NCBI GenBank assembly: GCA_034439575.1 | Contig: JAWXAQ010000030.1 | Span: 64,001 to 128,000 of the forward strand | Length of the DNA: 64,000 bases | Direction: 5' to 3' | Origin: Leptospira sp. | GTDB lineage: Bacteria > Spirochaetota > Leptospiria > Leptospirales > Leptospiraceae | In this document: positions 8,740 to 19,247 of the stretch, one piece after another | Numbering within the stretch: position 1 is the stretch's first letter | How the letters are laid out: each line of letters begins with the position of its first letter | Program-made: the position numbers and the translations under genes | The notes under the pieces: generated by a model | Database searches by the model: none | The model's input: the letters and a program-made list of their open reading frames with translations, nothing else | What the model was told of the DNA's origin: nothing

Positions 8740-9953
8740 TCAAAATGATAACTCTCATTCTATTTTCATTCCCTATTTTTGCGGCACCTCTTTCACCGAA
8801 AAATTATAAATTCATGAAAGAATTAAAATATTCTAATTCATCAAATCAAGATTCATCTGAGCCAGGCATTGTCAGTTTGATTTTGGATGAAGAAGTATAT
8901 AAAAACTCCTATTATGGAGACTTACGAATCTTGGCTGATGACAAACCCATTCCTTATATTAGAAAAGATGTTAAAATTAAAAATCGAGGCGAAGAAAAAT
9001 TTGAGATCAAACAGATTTTTAAAAAGCGTGAAAATGAAAGTACGATATTTGTATTAGAACTTCCAAAACTTCCCAAAGATCATATTTATACATATCTGGA
9101 AGTAGATCCGAACCGTTCATATGAAGAAGAATTGCAAGTTTCTACTGGATCAAAGCCAGATTCCCTGAACTATGCTACCACTACCACTTTGTATTCGTAT
9201 GGCGAGGAACAGAATAATAAAATCATTATTGGCCCAACCAAACATAGATTTGTGAGAATCGTTGCCCCAAAAGCAAGTGAGCTTAGTTTCACATACGTAA
9301 CACGAGAAAAAATCCAATCAAATGCTTTTTGGTCTACAGAAGTAACAGAATTCACTCAAGAAACATCAGATAATACTTCCACATATTCAATTCCCAATCC
9401 AACCAGATCCCCCTTCTCCATCTTAAAGCTCAAATTCAAAGAAGGAAAATTTGAACGAGATATTAAAATAGAAGAATTTAAAAATGAAAAAAATTGGGAA
9501 ACCGTATTTGAAGGAATGGTGGATGCAAATGCAGATGAAAATTCAGATGTGTATTTATCATTAAATCAAATGATTTCTTCGACTTACCGCATCACAATTA
9601 ACAATGGTGACAACCCACCTATACATTTAGAAAAAATTACTCAGACGCAAATCAAAGAAGAGTTAGTTTTTTTAGCTCCTACAGAACAATTTTCATCTAT
9701 TAAATTGTATTATGGAAATCGTTATGCAAGAGAGCCGCAATTTGATTCTTATTTTTTACCGAACGAAACTGATTCACCAAATCTTTCCATCTCGATGGAG
9801 AACCAAACACCTAACCCGGACTTTGGGTATTCCATTATTGAGCCACCTGTTTCCGGATATATTGCCAATGGCATATTTTATCTAGGTTTTGTGGCTCTTC
9901 TTGGTATATCATTTTCGTTTTATAAAAAAGTGAAAACCGAAGTAACGCCGTAG
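8736..9953 (+). CDS. DUF3999-like secreted protein with C-terminal TM anchor
   Basis: Signal peptide, GDLRI...IPY, INNGDNPPI, LYYGN...PQFD motifs; ATGA overlap with upstream gene. Confidence 0.75.
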   Translation: MIKMITLILFSFPIFAAPLSPKNYKFMKELKYSNSSNQDSSEPGIVSLILDEEVYKNSYYGDLRILADDKPIPYIRKDVKIKNRGEEKFEIKQIFKKRENESTIFVLELPKLPKDHIYTYLEVDPNRSYEEELQVSTGSKPDSLNYATTTTLYSYGEEQNNKIIIGPTKHRFVRIVAPKASELSFTYVTREKIQSNAFWSTEVTEFTQETSDNTSTYSIPNPTRSPFSILKLKFKEGKFERDIKIEEFKNEKNWETVFEGMVDANADENSDVYLSLNQMISSTYRITINNGDNPPIHLEKITQTQIKEELVFLAPTEQFSSIKLYYGNRYAREPQFDSYFLPNETDSPNLSISMENQTPNPDFGYSIIEPPVSGYIANGIFYLGFVALLGISFSFYKKVKTEVTP

Positions 9954-9981
9954 CTAATTGCGAAATATTAAATATTACTTT

Positions 9982-11082
9982 TTAGCTAATGGAATTGACC
10001 TTTTCCATTCCATTTTTGATTTCCCATGCTTCGAGTATGGGATTCATAATCTTAAACCACAATGGTGGAATGAGTGCAATGAGGATCATTACTTCATAAC
10101 CAAATGGCAATTGTGGTGCCTCCTCAATATGCCGTAAGGTTTGGTATCTCCGACTAGCATTCGCATGGTGGTCTGAATGTCTTTGCAATTGAAATAACAA
10201 CGCATTTGAAACGAGAAAATTTTGATTCCATGAATGTATCAGACTAACTTTTTCAAATTTTCCTTGAGATATTTCTTTTCGCCTTAAACCATAATGTTCA
10301 ATATAATTTGTGAGTTCTAAAAGAAACGTAGCGATAAAGGCCTGCAGGAAAAAAAATCCTAAGACCTTCCATACTATTGTTCCAGCGATAAAACTCGAAA
10401 TAACTAGCAAAAAGCTAGCAAATCCTAAAGTGATGAGTGCATACCATAACATTTCATTTCTGTAATTTAAAACAGATAGATTCATTTTAGTTAAGCGTTT
10501 AGCTTCGATATTCCAAGCGGATAGAATCGATCCAAAAAATGTTTTTGGATAATACATATAAAAGTTTTGATTTTTTTTGGAAGTGGCTGGGTCCAATTCA
10601 GTGGAAACATTTACATGATGACCTCGGTTATGTTCTATATAAAAGTGCATATAACAAACCGTCATGTATATCATCTTTGCTAAAAATTGTTCTAAACGAG
10701 TTGATTTGTGACCTAACTCATGTCCAACGGTAATGCCGATCGCTCCTGTGATAATGCCTACAGATAGAGCAAACAACAAAAGCTCTATCATTGAATGTGG
10801 ATTAAGTGCAATTTGTATACAAGCCCATATCACAAATATAATTTGGAATATAGCCCAAGCGAAAGTTAATATGCGAAAGTATTTATCATCTTGAAGTTTA
10901 TAAAATTCATGGTCTTTAGGATTGGAAACATCTTTGCCGACAAATAAATCTAATAGTGGTAAAATCACAAAAACTGTAATTGGCACTATTAAGTAAGTGT
11001 AACCACCATTTAACTCAGCATAAATGGCGATAACTGGAAGTAAAAAGCAAAGCAAAAATGATAGACGTTTTGTCAGATTCAT
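9982..11082 (-). CDS. alkB: Alkane 1-monooxygenase (membrane non-heme diiron)
   Basis: HELGHK, EHNRGHH, NYIEHYG and LQRHSDHHA histidine boxes. Confidence 0.93.
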   Translation of the reverse strand: MNLTKRLSFLLCFLLPVIAIYAELNGGYTYLIVPITVFVILPLLDLFVGKDVSNPKDHEFYKLQDDKYFRILTFAWAIFQIIFVIWACIQIALNPHSMIELLLFALSVGIITGAIGITVGHELGHKSTRLEQFLAKMIYMTVCYMHFYIEHNRGHHVNVSTELDPATSKKNQNFYMYYPKTFFGSILSAWNIEAKRLTKMNLSVLNYRNEMLWYALITLGFASFLLVISSFIAGTIVWKVLGFFFLQAFIATFLLELTNYIEHYGLRRKEISQGKFEKVSLIHSWNQNFLVSNALLFQLQRHSDHHANASRRYQTLRHIEEAPQLPFGYEVMILIALIPPLWFKIMNPILEAWEIKNGMEKVNSIS

Positions 11083-11099
11083 AAAAATAATCTCCCATA

Positions 11100-11654
11100 T
11101 TAACGTCGAAAAAAATTTGAAATTTGCCCCAAGCCCTCAAACAAATCTAGCCACTTTGTTTCTTTGTGACGCGATGTTTTTAAAAACAAAGCTCCTACAA
11201 AAAAAGAAAGAAATGCCTCACCTGTATGGGTGTTTTTTTCTTCAGGAAAAAAACGATCCAATAGTAAGCGATACGAATTCCAAGACTCTTCCAATAATAT
11301 CGAAAGATCACTTGAATCTGCATGATGACGCCTAACATCTAACGCCAACAAAATCAAATTTAAAAAATGTGATTCTTTGGTAGAGATATAATTTAGCAAT
11401 TCCCATACACTTTTTTCACCGAGTTCAGATATCTCGGTAATTTCCTTTGCATCCTTTGCTACAAAAAATCGTACCATGGAAGAAAAGAGAGCTTCCTTCG
11501 TCGGGAAATAATGGTAGAGAGTTCCCGTCGATACGCCCAATTCCTTGGATAACTCGCGCATTGAAACGGATGCGACTCCCTTTTCCACAAAGATAGCCAT
11601 ACTTTTACCAAGCAGTTCTTCTCTATACAGCTCATGGTCAACGATCTTAGGCAT
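11100..11654 (-). CDS. TetR/AcrR family regulator co-transcribed with alkB
   Basis: MPKIVDH...SMRELSKELGVSTGTLYHYFPTKE HTH; 17 bp upstream of alkB. Confidence 0.92.
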   Translation of the reverse strand: MPKIVDHELYREELLGKSMAIFVEKGVASVSMRELSKELGVSTGTLYHYFPTKEALFSSMVRFFVAKDAKEITEISELGEKSVWELLNYISTKESHFLNLILLALDVRRHHADSSDLSILLEESWNSYRLLLDRFFPEEKNTHTGEAFLSFFVGALFLKTSRHKETKWLDLFEGLGQISNFFRR

Positions 11655-11671
11655 TTTGGTTAAAACCTTTT

Positions 11672-11690
11672 TTATCGAACGTTTGTTTTA
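11672..11690. promoter_or_regulatory. Putative TetR operator (imperfect palindrome ATCGAACGTTTGTT)
   Basis: Just downstream of TGGACA-N17-TAATTT on the minus strand, ahead of the TetR start. Confidence 0.4.
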
Positions 11691-12018
11691 AATTAAGCAG
11701 TCTCATCTATTTTGTCCATATTATTTTTATCTCACCCTCTTGCTTTATTTGCAAAACATTATCCTAGTACTTGCCCTCAAAAAGCAAGATTTCGACACAA
11801 ATCGGCTTTAGAGATTTCCCTAATTTCTCGAAGAAATTGCAAGCAATATCTCTCGCAACATAATAGGAATTTAACAGAATTAGTTACAACATGCATTCAA
11901 TTATACGAACAATTTGTACGCAAAAAAACTATTTTTAATGCAATAATTATTCCTGGATGGTAAATTAATTCTCTTTACGCAAAGATTTAATCTAAGTATT
12001 TATATTATTAAATTAGCA

Positions 12019-13035
12019 ATGGTTAATTCTGATTATAAAAAATTGATAGATCTTCACAATATCATTGATTCAGCAATGGATGCAGTCATTAGCATCAATG
12101 CCGATTTTAAAGTGATTCTATTTAACAAAGCAGCTGAAAGTATGTTTGGCTTTTCGAGCGATGAGATGATGGGCAATACCCTACACTGCATTATCCCAGA
12201 CGATACAAAATCTATTCATGATGATATCTTGCGAAGATTTATCAAAAGGTCAGAAAATAAAATAAATTTAAATACAGTCGGAAACATTCGAGGCCAAAGA
12301 AGAAATGGTGAGATTTTTCCCATGGAAGCTGCCATCTCAAAATTAAATTCCGATGATCAATTGATACTAACAGTTATTTTACGAGATATTTCTGATAGAT
12401 ACAAAGCTGAAGAAAAGATTAAAACATTACTCTATGAAAAGGAACATTTATTAAAAGAAATCCACCACCGAGTTAAAAATAATTTATTTACGATTTTCAC
12501 ATTACTTGAATTGCAAGCCAATGAATCTACGATTGATATTGTAAAAAATTCTCTTCATGACGCCTCATCTCGTGTTCGTAGCATGATGACACTTTATGAA
12601 AAAATTTACCAAAAAACAACTGATATACAAAAGATAAATTTATCTGAATATCTACCAAGTTTAATCAATGATATAGTATCTATTTTCCCTTCACCCACAC
12701 CTGTTGAAATAATTACACAGATTCAAGATATCGAAATTGATATAAAAATTGCATCCCCACTTGGAATTATATTAAATGAACTTATCACCAATACGATGAA
12801 GTATGCTTTTGTAAAAAGTGGTGATCGAAAAATTACAGTCACTGCTGAAATGATCGGACCATTGAATTGCATCATATTTAAGGATAATGGGATCGGCATT
12901 CCTGAAACCATTCAAAACGATAGGGGAACCAGTTTCGGACTTCAGATGATAGAAATTTTGGTAGCTCAAATCAATGGTAAAATTGAATTTTTGAATGATC
13001 TCGGTACAAAAATAGTGATTCATTTTCCAAAATAA
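12019..13035 (+). CDS. Cytoplasmic PAS sensor histidine kinase (HisKA_2/HWE-like)
   Basis: PAS (FNKAAESMFGFS...GEIFPME...ILRDIS), EIHHRVKNNL H-box, NELITN and DNGIG boxes. Confidence 0.92.
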   Translation: MVNSDYKKLIDLHNIIDSAMDAVISINADFKVILFNKAAESMFGFSSDEMMGNTLHCIIPDDTKSIHDDILRRFIKRSENKINLNTVGNIRGQRRNGEIFPMEAAISKLNSDDQLILTVILRDISDRYKAEEKIKTLLYEKEHLLKEIHHRVKNNLFTIFTLLELQANESTIDIVKNSLHDASSRVRSMMTLYEKIYQKTTDIQKINLSEYLPSLINDIVSIFPSPTPVEIITQIQDIEIDIKIASPLGIILNELITNTMKYAFVKSGDRKITVTAEMIGPLNCIIFKDNGIGIPETIQNDRGTSFGLQMIEILVAQINGKIEFLNDLGTKIVIHFPK

Positions 13036-13096
13036 GTCATTACGAAAATTGCCCTAAATTAGAAAATTTGTCTAATCCATATACTAAGGAATATCT

Positions 13097-13537
13097 ATGA
13101 AACTTAAGCTAATATCCGTTATCTTCCTATTTTTCCTAATTCAATGCACAGGTACAAGACCCCTCACAATTGGCCTAAAATCACAAAAACTGACACCTTG
13201 TCCTATTACACCAAATTGCATAAATTCTTTTAGTGATCCATCGGATACCATTCATTACCGCGAACCTGTTAAATATACAAAACCTCAAAGTGAAGCGATG
13301 ATGATTTTGAAAAAACGAATTTTAGATTATCCAAGAACAAATATCATAACTGAAAATCCAGATTACATCTATGCCGAGTTCACATCCTTTCTATTTAGAT
13401 TCGTGGATGACGTAGAATTTTACTTTGATGAAAAAAATAAGACCTTACACTTTCGATCAGCCTCACGTCTCGGAAGTGGAGATCTAGGTGTCAACCGAAA
13501 GCGAGTGGACGCTTTGTTATTGGACTTAGATATTTAA
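13097..13537 (+). CDS. DUF1499-like lipoprotein
   Basis: LIQ-C lipobox, CPITPNCINS, FRFVDDVEF, RSASRLGSGDLGVNRKR. Confidence 0.88.
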   Translation: MKLKLISVIFLFFLIQCTGTRPLTIGLKSQKLTPCPITPNCINSFSDPSDTIHYREPVKYTKPQSEAMMILKKRILDYPRTNIITENPDYIYAEFTSFLFRFVDDVEFYFDEKNKTLHFRSASRLGSGDLGVNRKRVDALLLDLDI

Positions 13538-13549
13538 ATTATAATCAAA

Positions 13550-16500
13550 TCACTTCTTGGCATGGATTTCTTGCAAAGAAGTGACACTATATCCCTTATC
13601 TTTCATTTCCACCAAACCATCAATAAGTGCCTTAGCGGCTTGTGCTGTTGTAAGACATGGCACTTTGTATTTAATAGCTGCTTGACGAATCGTAAATGCA
13701 TTTTCACGAGTAACGCGCGATAGTGGAGTATTGATGATTAAGTGAATTTTTTTCTCACGTATATAATCAACTACGTTTGGAAAATATCCATCGTAAATTT
13801 TATTGATTTTACTAGATAAAATGCCGTTTTCCGATAAAAATTTATGTGTTCCTTCAGTAGCTATTAATATATAACCTAAGTTAGATAGGGATCGAATTGA
13901 TTCTAATAATTCTTTTTTAGTCTTATCGTTGATCGTAACAAAAACAGTTCCTTGCTTTGGAGGTTCTTCACCCGCCATAATCTGTGCCTTAACAAAAGCC
14001 TCACCTTTTGAATGTGCGACACCCATAACTTCACCTGTAGAACGCATTTCAGGCCCAAGTATAATATCAACTCCCGGAAATTTATTAAATGGTAAAACTG
14101 CTTCTTTGACTGTAACCATTGGCGCAAAAAATTTTTTACCTAGTTTTAAACTAAGGAGCGACTCACCTAACATTATCCTAACTGCCATTTTTACAAGTGG
14201 TATACCGATAGATTTTGCTACAAAAGGAACCGTTCTAGAGGCACGAGGATTCACTTCCAAGACATACAATGTTTCGTCTTTAATGGCAAATTGGATATTG
14301 ATAAGCCCTTTTACATTTAACTCAATGGCTAACTTGTGTGTTGCGGCCTCAATTTCCTGAATCATACGATCCGATATTGATTGTGGAGGTAAAACACATG
14401 CTGAATCTCCTGAATGGACTCCTGCTTCTTCTATATGCTCCATAATTCCTGCGATAAAAACATCTTTTCCATCACACAAAGCATCCACATCCACTTCTGT
14501 CGCATCTTCTAAAAATGAATCAATAAGTATTGGGCGATCTTCAGATACTTCCTCCGCCTCTTCCATATATTTGTCTAATTCGGATTCTTCATTTACAATG
14601 AGCATAGCACGTCCACCTAACACGTATGATGGGCGAACTAAAACTGGATAACCAATTTTACTTGCTATGATTTTTGCTTTTTCTTTTGATGAGGCCATGC
14701 CATTTTCTGGAGATAACAATTTTAATTTATCCAAAACTTCGGCAAAACGTTTTCTATCTTCTGCACGATCTATTGAATCTGGACTTGTTCCAAGTATGGG
14801 AACTCCTCTCTTCTCCAAAGCACGAGCGAGCTTCAAAGGTGTCTGACCACCTAACTGAACAATAACGCCCATCGGTTTTTCTTTTAGATAAATGTTCATG
14901 ACATCTTCTAGTGAAAGTGGTTCGAAATATAACCTGTCAGAAGTATCATAATCGGTGGATACGGTTTCCGGATTGGAATTGACCATAATAGATTCAACTT
15001 TAGCATCTTGTAATGCGAAGGAAGCATGGCAACAGCAATAGTCAAATTCGATACCTTGTCCGATTCGATTTGGTCCGCCTCCGAGGATCATTACTTTTTT
15101 ATTGTTTGTTACTTCTGACTCATCTTCTTCATCGTAAGATGAATACATATAAGGTGTAAAGGCTTCGAATTCGCCAGCGCAAGTATCAATCCTCTTATAA
15201 ACGGGAACGATTTTCTTTTCTATTAAGTATTTTTCGAGTGCTTCTTCTTCTGTTTTTAGAATGTTTTCTACTTTCGATTTGGTTACATCAATCGCGGCCC
15301 CACTACGAATTTGTGCCAAAACTTCTTTTTCTTTTGCAAGGAAAGCCAATTGACGATTTGAAAATCCCGCCTTTTTCATTTTGGGTATAAAATCACGTCC
15401 GACTTTTTGGAATTCCAATTCTAACAGGTGTAATTCTTCGAATTGGTATAAAAACCAAGGATCGATTTTACAAAGATCAAAGATTTTTTCATTTGTAAAT
15501 CCGTACTTGTAACCTAACTTTACATAGAAGATTCGTTTGTCAGTTGGGCGTTTGATTTTAGCACTAAGCCATTCATCTTTTTTGTCATCCGCTATAGATT
15601 CCCATTCTAACAATTCTTTCAAATACCCATCGCTACCAAAACCAAAACGATCTATCTCGAGCGAGCGAAGTGCCTTTTGAAAACTTTCTTTGAATGTTCT
15701 ACCAATTGCCATGGCCTCGCCGACTGCTTTCATTTGAACGCCGAGTGTAGGATCGGAACCTGGAAATTTTTCAAATGCAAAACGTGGTATTTTTGTCACA
15801 ACATAATCAATTGATGGTTCAAAACTTGCTGGGGTAACGCGAGTTATATCATTTTTAATTTCATCTAAGGTATAACCAATTGAAAGTAATGCGGCAATTT
15901 TTGCGATTGGAAATCCAGTAGCCTTAGAAGCTAATGCGGATGATCTTGAAACTCGAGGATTCATTTCGATAACAATCACATCACCATCGGCAGGATTCAC
16001 TGCGAATTGTATATTTGATCCGCCAGTTTCTACACCAATCTCTCGAATGATATCAATTGACATATCTCTGAGTCTTTGGTATTCTTTATCGCTTAATGTT
16101 TGTTGTGGGGCAACTGTGATCGAATCACCAGTGTGAACGCCCATAGGATCAATATTTTCGATAGAGCAAATGATCACTACGTTGTCAGCGAGATCTCGCA
16201 TCACTTCCAATTCAAATTCTTTCCAACCGAGAACAGATTCTTCGACTAGAATTTGTGAAATTGGCGATGCAGATAAACCTTTGGCTGCAATATCTTCGAA
16301 CTCCGTTTCGTCATAACAAGTACCACCACCAGTACCTCCTAGGGTAAAAGCAGGTCGTATGATAATTGGGAAACCTATTTCTTTAGAAGCAGTTCTCGCA
16401 GCTTCCATATCAGAAACCATAAAAGATTTAGCGACTCTTAGGTTTAGTTTTTCCATAGCCTGTTTGAACAATTCGCGGTCTTCAGCTTTTCTGATAGCTT

Positions 16501-16861
16501 CGACTTTTGCGCCAATAAGCTCAACATTATATTTTTCTAATATACCTTCTTTATGTAATGCGAGAGCTAAATTCAAGGCGGTCTGGCCACCTACGGTCGG
16601 TAAGATGGCATCTGGTTTTTCTTTTTTGATAATTTTTTCTAAAACGGGAACCGTAAGTGGTTCAATGTAAGTAGCATCCGCCAAATCGGGATCTGTCATG
16701 ATGGTCGCAGGATTTGAATTGACGAGTATGACTCGAAGGCCTTTTTCTCGAAGGGCTTTTGTTGCTTGTGTGCCCGAATAATCAAACTCGCAAGCTTGGC
16801 CAATGACAATAGGACCAGATCCGATAATTAAAATTGATTTTAAATCTTCTCGTTTTGGCAT
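13550..16861 (-). CDS. carB: Carbamoyl-phosphate synthase large subunit
   Basis: [30 protein letters not shown]; two ATP-grasp halves; MGS domain. Confidence 0.99.
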   Translation of the reverse strand: MPKREDLKSILIIGSGPIVIGQACEFDYSGTQATKALREKGLRVILVNSNPATIMTDPDLADATYIEPLTVPVLEKIIKKEKPDAILPTVGGQTALNLALALHKEGILEKYNVELIGAKVEAIRKAEDRELFKQAMEKLNLRVAKSFMVSDMEAARTASKEIGFPIIIRPAFTLGGTGGGTCYDETEFEDIAAKGLSASPISQILVEESVLGWKEFELEVMRDLADNVVIICSIENIDPMGVHTGDSITVAPQQTLSDKEYQRLRDMSIDIIREIGVETGGSNIQFAVNPADGDVIVIEMNPRVSRSSALASKATGFPIAKIAALLSIGYTLDEIKNDITRVTPASFEPSIDYVVTKIPRFAFEKFPGSDPTLGVQMKAVGEAMAIGRTFKESFQKALRSLEIDRFGFGSDGYLKELLEWESIADDKKDEWLSAKIKRPTDKRIFYVKLGYKYGFTNEKIFDLCKIDPWFLYQFEELHLLELEFQKVGRDFIPKMKKAGFSNRQLAFLAKEKEVLAQIRSGAAIDVTKSKVENILKTEEEALEKYLIEKKIVPVYKRIDTCAGEFEAFTPYMYSSYDEEDESEVTNNKKVMILGGGPNRIGQGIEFDYCCCHASFALQDAKVESIMVNSNPETVSTDYDTSDRLYFEPLSLEDVMNIYLKEKPMGVIVQLGGQTPLKLARALEKRGVPILGTSPDSIDRAEDRKRFAEVLDKLKLLSPENGMASSKEKAKIIASKIGYPVLVRPSYVLGGRAMLIVNEESELDKYMEEAEEVSEDRPILIDSFLEDATEVDVDALCDGKDVFIAGIMEHIEEAGVHSGDSACVLPPQSISDRMIQEIEAATHKLAIELNVKGLINIQFAIKDETLYVLEVNPRASRTVPFVAKSIGIPLVKMAVRIMLGESLLSLKLGKKFFAPMVTVKEAVLPFNKFPGVDIILGPEMRSTGEVMGVAHSKGEAFVKAQIMAGEEPPKQGTVFVTINDKTKKELLESIRSLSNLGYILIATEGTHKFLSENGILSSKINKIYDGYFPNVVDYIREKKIHLIINTPLSRVTRENAFTIRQAAIKYKVPCLTTAQAAKALIDGLVEMKDKGYSVTSLQEIHAKK

Positions 16862-16893
16862 AATTTCTTACCACTTCCTATAATTTCTCTGCA

Positions 16894-19215
16894 CTATAAG
16901 TCAGAATTCCTTAATGTCCCAGGAAGTAAATAATCTCCCGCCTCGGACGCATTTTCCCATTGCTTTACTAAGGAAAATAATTGATTTCTAAGCCCGATTC
17001 CGACAGATCCAAAGGGATAAATATTGGTTTGATTTAGTGGATCTTTGTTTCTGTCATAGAGTTCGAAAATCACACCCTTTCGGGTAGGAATATAAATTAA
17101 CTTATAATGACTGTTCTGAACTGACCTATGTTTGGCGAAAGCTATGGTTTCCTGATATGTTTTATCCGTAATCATAATTTGGAAATCTTCTTCGGCAACA
17201 ACTTGATGTAATTGTAAAATGTTCGGATAAGGAATCCTTTGTTTTTGAAAAAAATGATCACCTTTATCGGAAAACCATATCCCTGTTTCTGAATATACCA
17301 CACGATCTGGCTCAATTTCATTTCGTATTATTGATAATAATGATTTTCCAGGTCTTTCTACATCACTTGGTAAATGAAAAAATTCTAAGAGCGTAGGAAA
17401 AATATCCACAGACGATGTGATGGTTTGGATATCATTGCCAACATATTTAGAATATTCGGAAGATTTTGGAAATTTGATTAATAATGGAACTTTAGTTACA
17501 GCCTCTCCGCGCAAATGTTCGCCGTGACCTTGTCCATGAATATCTTCATACAATGCTTCACCATGATCTGCAGTGACAATAATGATTGCTTCGTCATATA
17601 AGTGTTTGGATTTTAATGATTGTATGATTTCACCAAATTCTGAATCAAAGGCATTTACAGAAGAATCAAATAAACTTCTGATTTGTTTGATTTCATAATC
17701 AGAAGGTTTTTCAGAAACTGATGGATCTACAAATTTTAAAAATTTATATTTTCCATAATAATTAGGGTCGGTGAATTTTTTATAATAAGGATATGGTGGT
17801 GAATAGGGAAAATGGACCACACTCGAAAAATACGTGATAAAATAAGGAGCATCTCCTTCCCTTCGAAGGATACGATTGAAACGATTTACAAGTCGACTTC
17901 CATCACCCCAACTTGATAATCCATCAATCTCTGCAACATAAAAGCCTCCACCAAAAAAAGATCCAGTCAATACTGGTAAAAGGAATAATTGTGATTCTGC
18001 TGTTCGTTGAACAGTCATTATTCTTGCATTAAAGTTAGGTGCCAAAACCTCATCAAAACCAAAATTAGCTCGAGGGAATATATCAGCAGCGAATCCACCA
18101 ATGGCAAAACTTTCGTATCCTATTTTCTTTAAGAATTGTGGAATCGTCGTAAAAGGAGTCCTGCCAATTCGATTTTGTTCCTCTTTGGAAGGAAACATAT
18201 CTCGAATTTTGTGACTCATGGAATATTGGCCAGTTAAAAGATCTGCCCAACTAGGGAATGTTCGCGGAATCGTTGTATGGTGGTCATGAAAAACTACACT
18301 GTCTTTAGCAAACGAATCTATATTGGGAGTGATATTTTCATTCTTTGAAACAAAACCTAATTTATCATAACGTAATGAATCTGCAGATATGATAAAGATC
18401 GGGGGTTTGTTCGGAACTCTGGATGTTAAAAAACCTGAAAAGGTATCGAATAAAAAAGGAAAAAAGATTAAAATACAAAAAAATGGTATGCTCAGAAAAT
18501 AGGTTCGAAAATGAATTTTTTCAAGTATACTTTGGAAAAGAGGCAAAGATAAAAAATATAAGAGAGAAAGATATAAAAGTCCATTTTGATGAAGGACGAA
18601 AGAGATGATGATATGTAATGTGATAAATAAATATAACTTATTCTTTTTTTCATATAACTTAAGAAATATTAGTAAAACTTGAAATAAGAATATAGCTGCA
18701 ATCAAACACTTGAAGAACAGAGGAGAAAAATGATCAGTAAAAAAATATAGCAGATTCACTGCCCAAGTATGACGAAAGTAAAAAAATTCTCCATAAACTT
18801 GAGGATACAATATAATAGAATGTAAAAAACCCAAAACATCAACAATCAGAAGATAGGCGAAGAGTAGAATTAAAAATTTTATTTTAATTTTAATAAATGA
18901 AAATTCAATAGATTCAAAACCTTTATAGTTTTTATCCTGATCAAATTTTATTTTTGCAAAGGCAAAAAAAAACAATAAACCGATATGAAGATGAAAAACA
19001 AGTGATGCTGAAAAAACTAAGAAAGTAGATTTAACATAGACTCCAAAAAATGCACCTAAGTATTGTTTGAGGTAATCAGATACATCCACTCCCATGATAT
19101 GGAATGAGGTGTTAAATAGTAGGAAAAATAGATAAAAGAATAAGGAATAAAAAAAAATCGGTAAAATAACTTTTCGAAAAAACGTGAGGGCTGGAAGAAC
19201 TTCCATTGGAGTCAT
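16894..19215 (-). CDS. Membrane-anchored alkaline-phosphatase-superfamily (sulfatase-like) hydrolase/transferase
   Basis: N-terminal TM bundle; ISADSLRYD, RTFPSWADLLTG, HFPY, ADHGE, HGEHL. Confidence 0.85.
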   Translation of the reverse strand: MTPMEVLPALTFFRKVILPIFFYSLFFYLFFLLFNTSFHIMGVDVSDYLKQYLGAFFGVYVKSTFLVFSASLVFHLHIGLLFFFAFAKIKFDQDKNYKGFESIEFSFIKIKIKFLILLFAYLLIVDVLGFLHSIILYPQVYGEFFYFRHTWAVNLLYFFTDHFSPLFFKCLIAAIFLFQVLLIFLKLYEKKNKLYLFITLHIIISFVLHQNGLLYLSLLYFLSLPLFQSILEKIHFRTYFLSIPFFCILIFFPFLFDTFSGFLTSRVPNKPPIFIISADSLRYDKLGFVSKNENITPNIDSFAKDSVVFHDHHTTIPRTFPSWADLLTGQYSMSHKIRDMFPSKEEQNRIGRTPFTTIPQFLKKIGYESFAIGGFAADIFPRANFGFDEVLAPNFNARIMTVQRTAESQLFLLPVLTGSFFGGGFYVAEIDGLSSWGDGSRLVNRFNRILRREGDAPYFITYFSSVVHFPYSPPYPYYKKFTDPNYYGKYKFLKFVDPSVSEKPSDYEIKQIRSLFDSSVNAFDSEFGEIIQSLKSKHLYDEAIIIVTADHGEALYEDIHGQGHGEHLRGEAVTKVPLLIKFPKSSEYSKYVGNDIQTITSSVDIFPTLLEFFHLPSDVERPGKSLLSIIRNEIEPDRVVYSETGIWFSDKGDHFFQKQRIPYPNILQLHQVVAEEDFQIMITDKTYQETIAFAKHRSVQNSHYKLIYIPTRKGVIFELYDRNKDPLNQTNIYPFGSVGIGLRNQLFSLVKQWENASEAGDYLLPGTLRNSDL

Positions 19216-19247
19216 CTTCCCAAACCCTCCTGTTTCGTAAACTTTTC

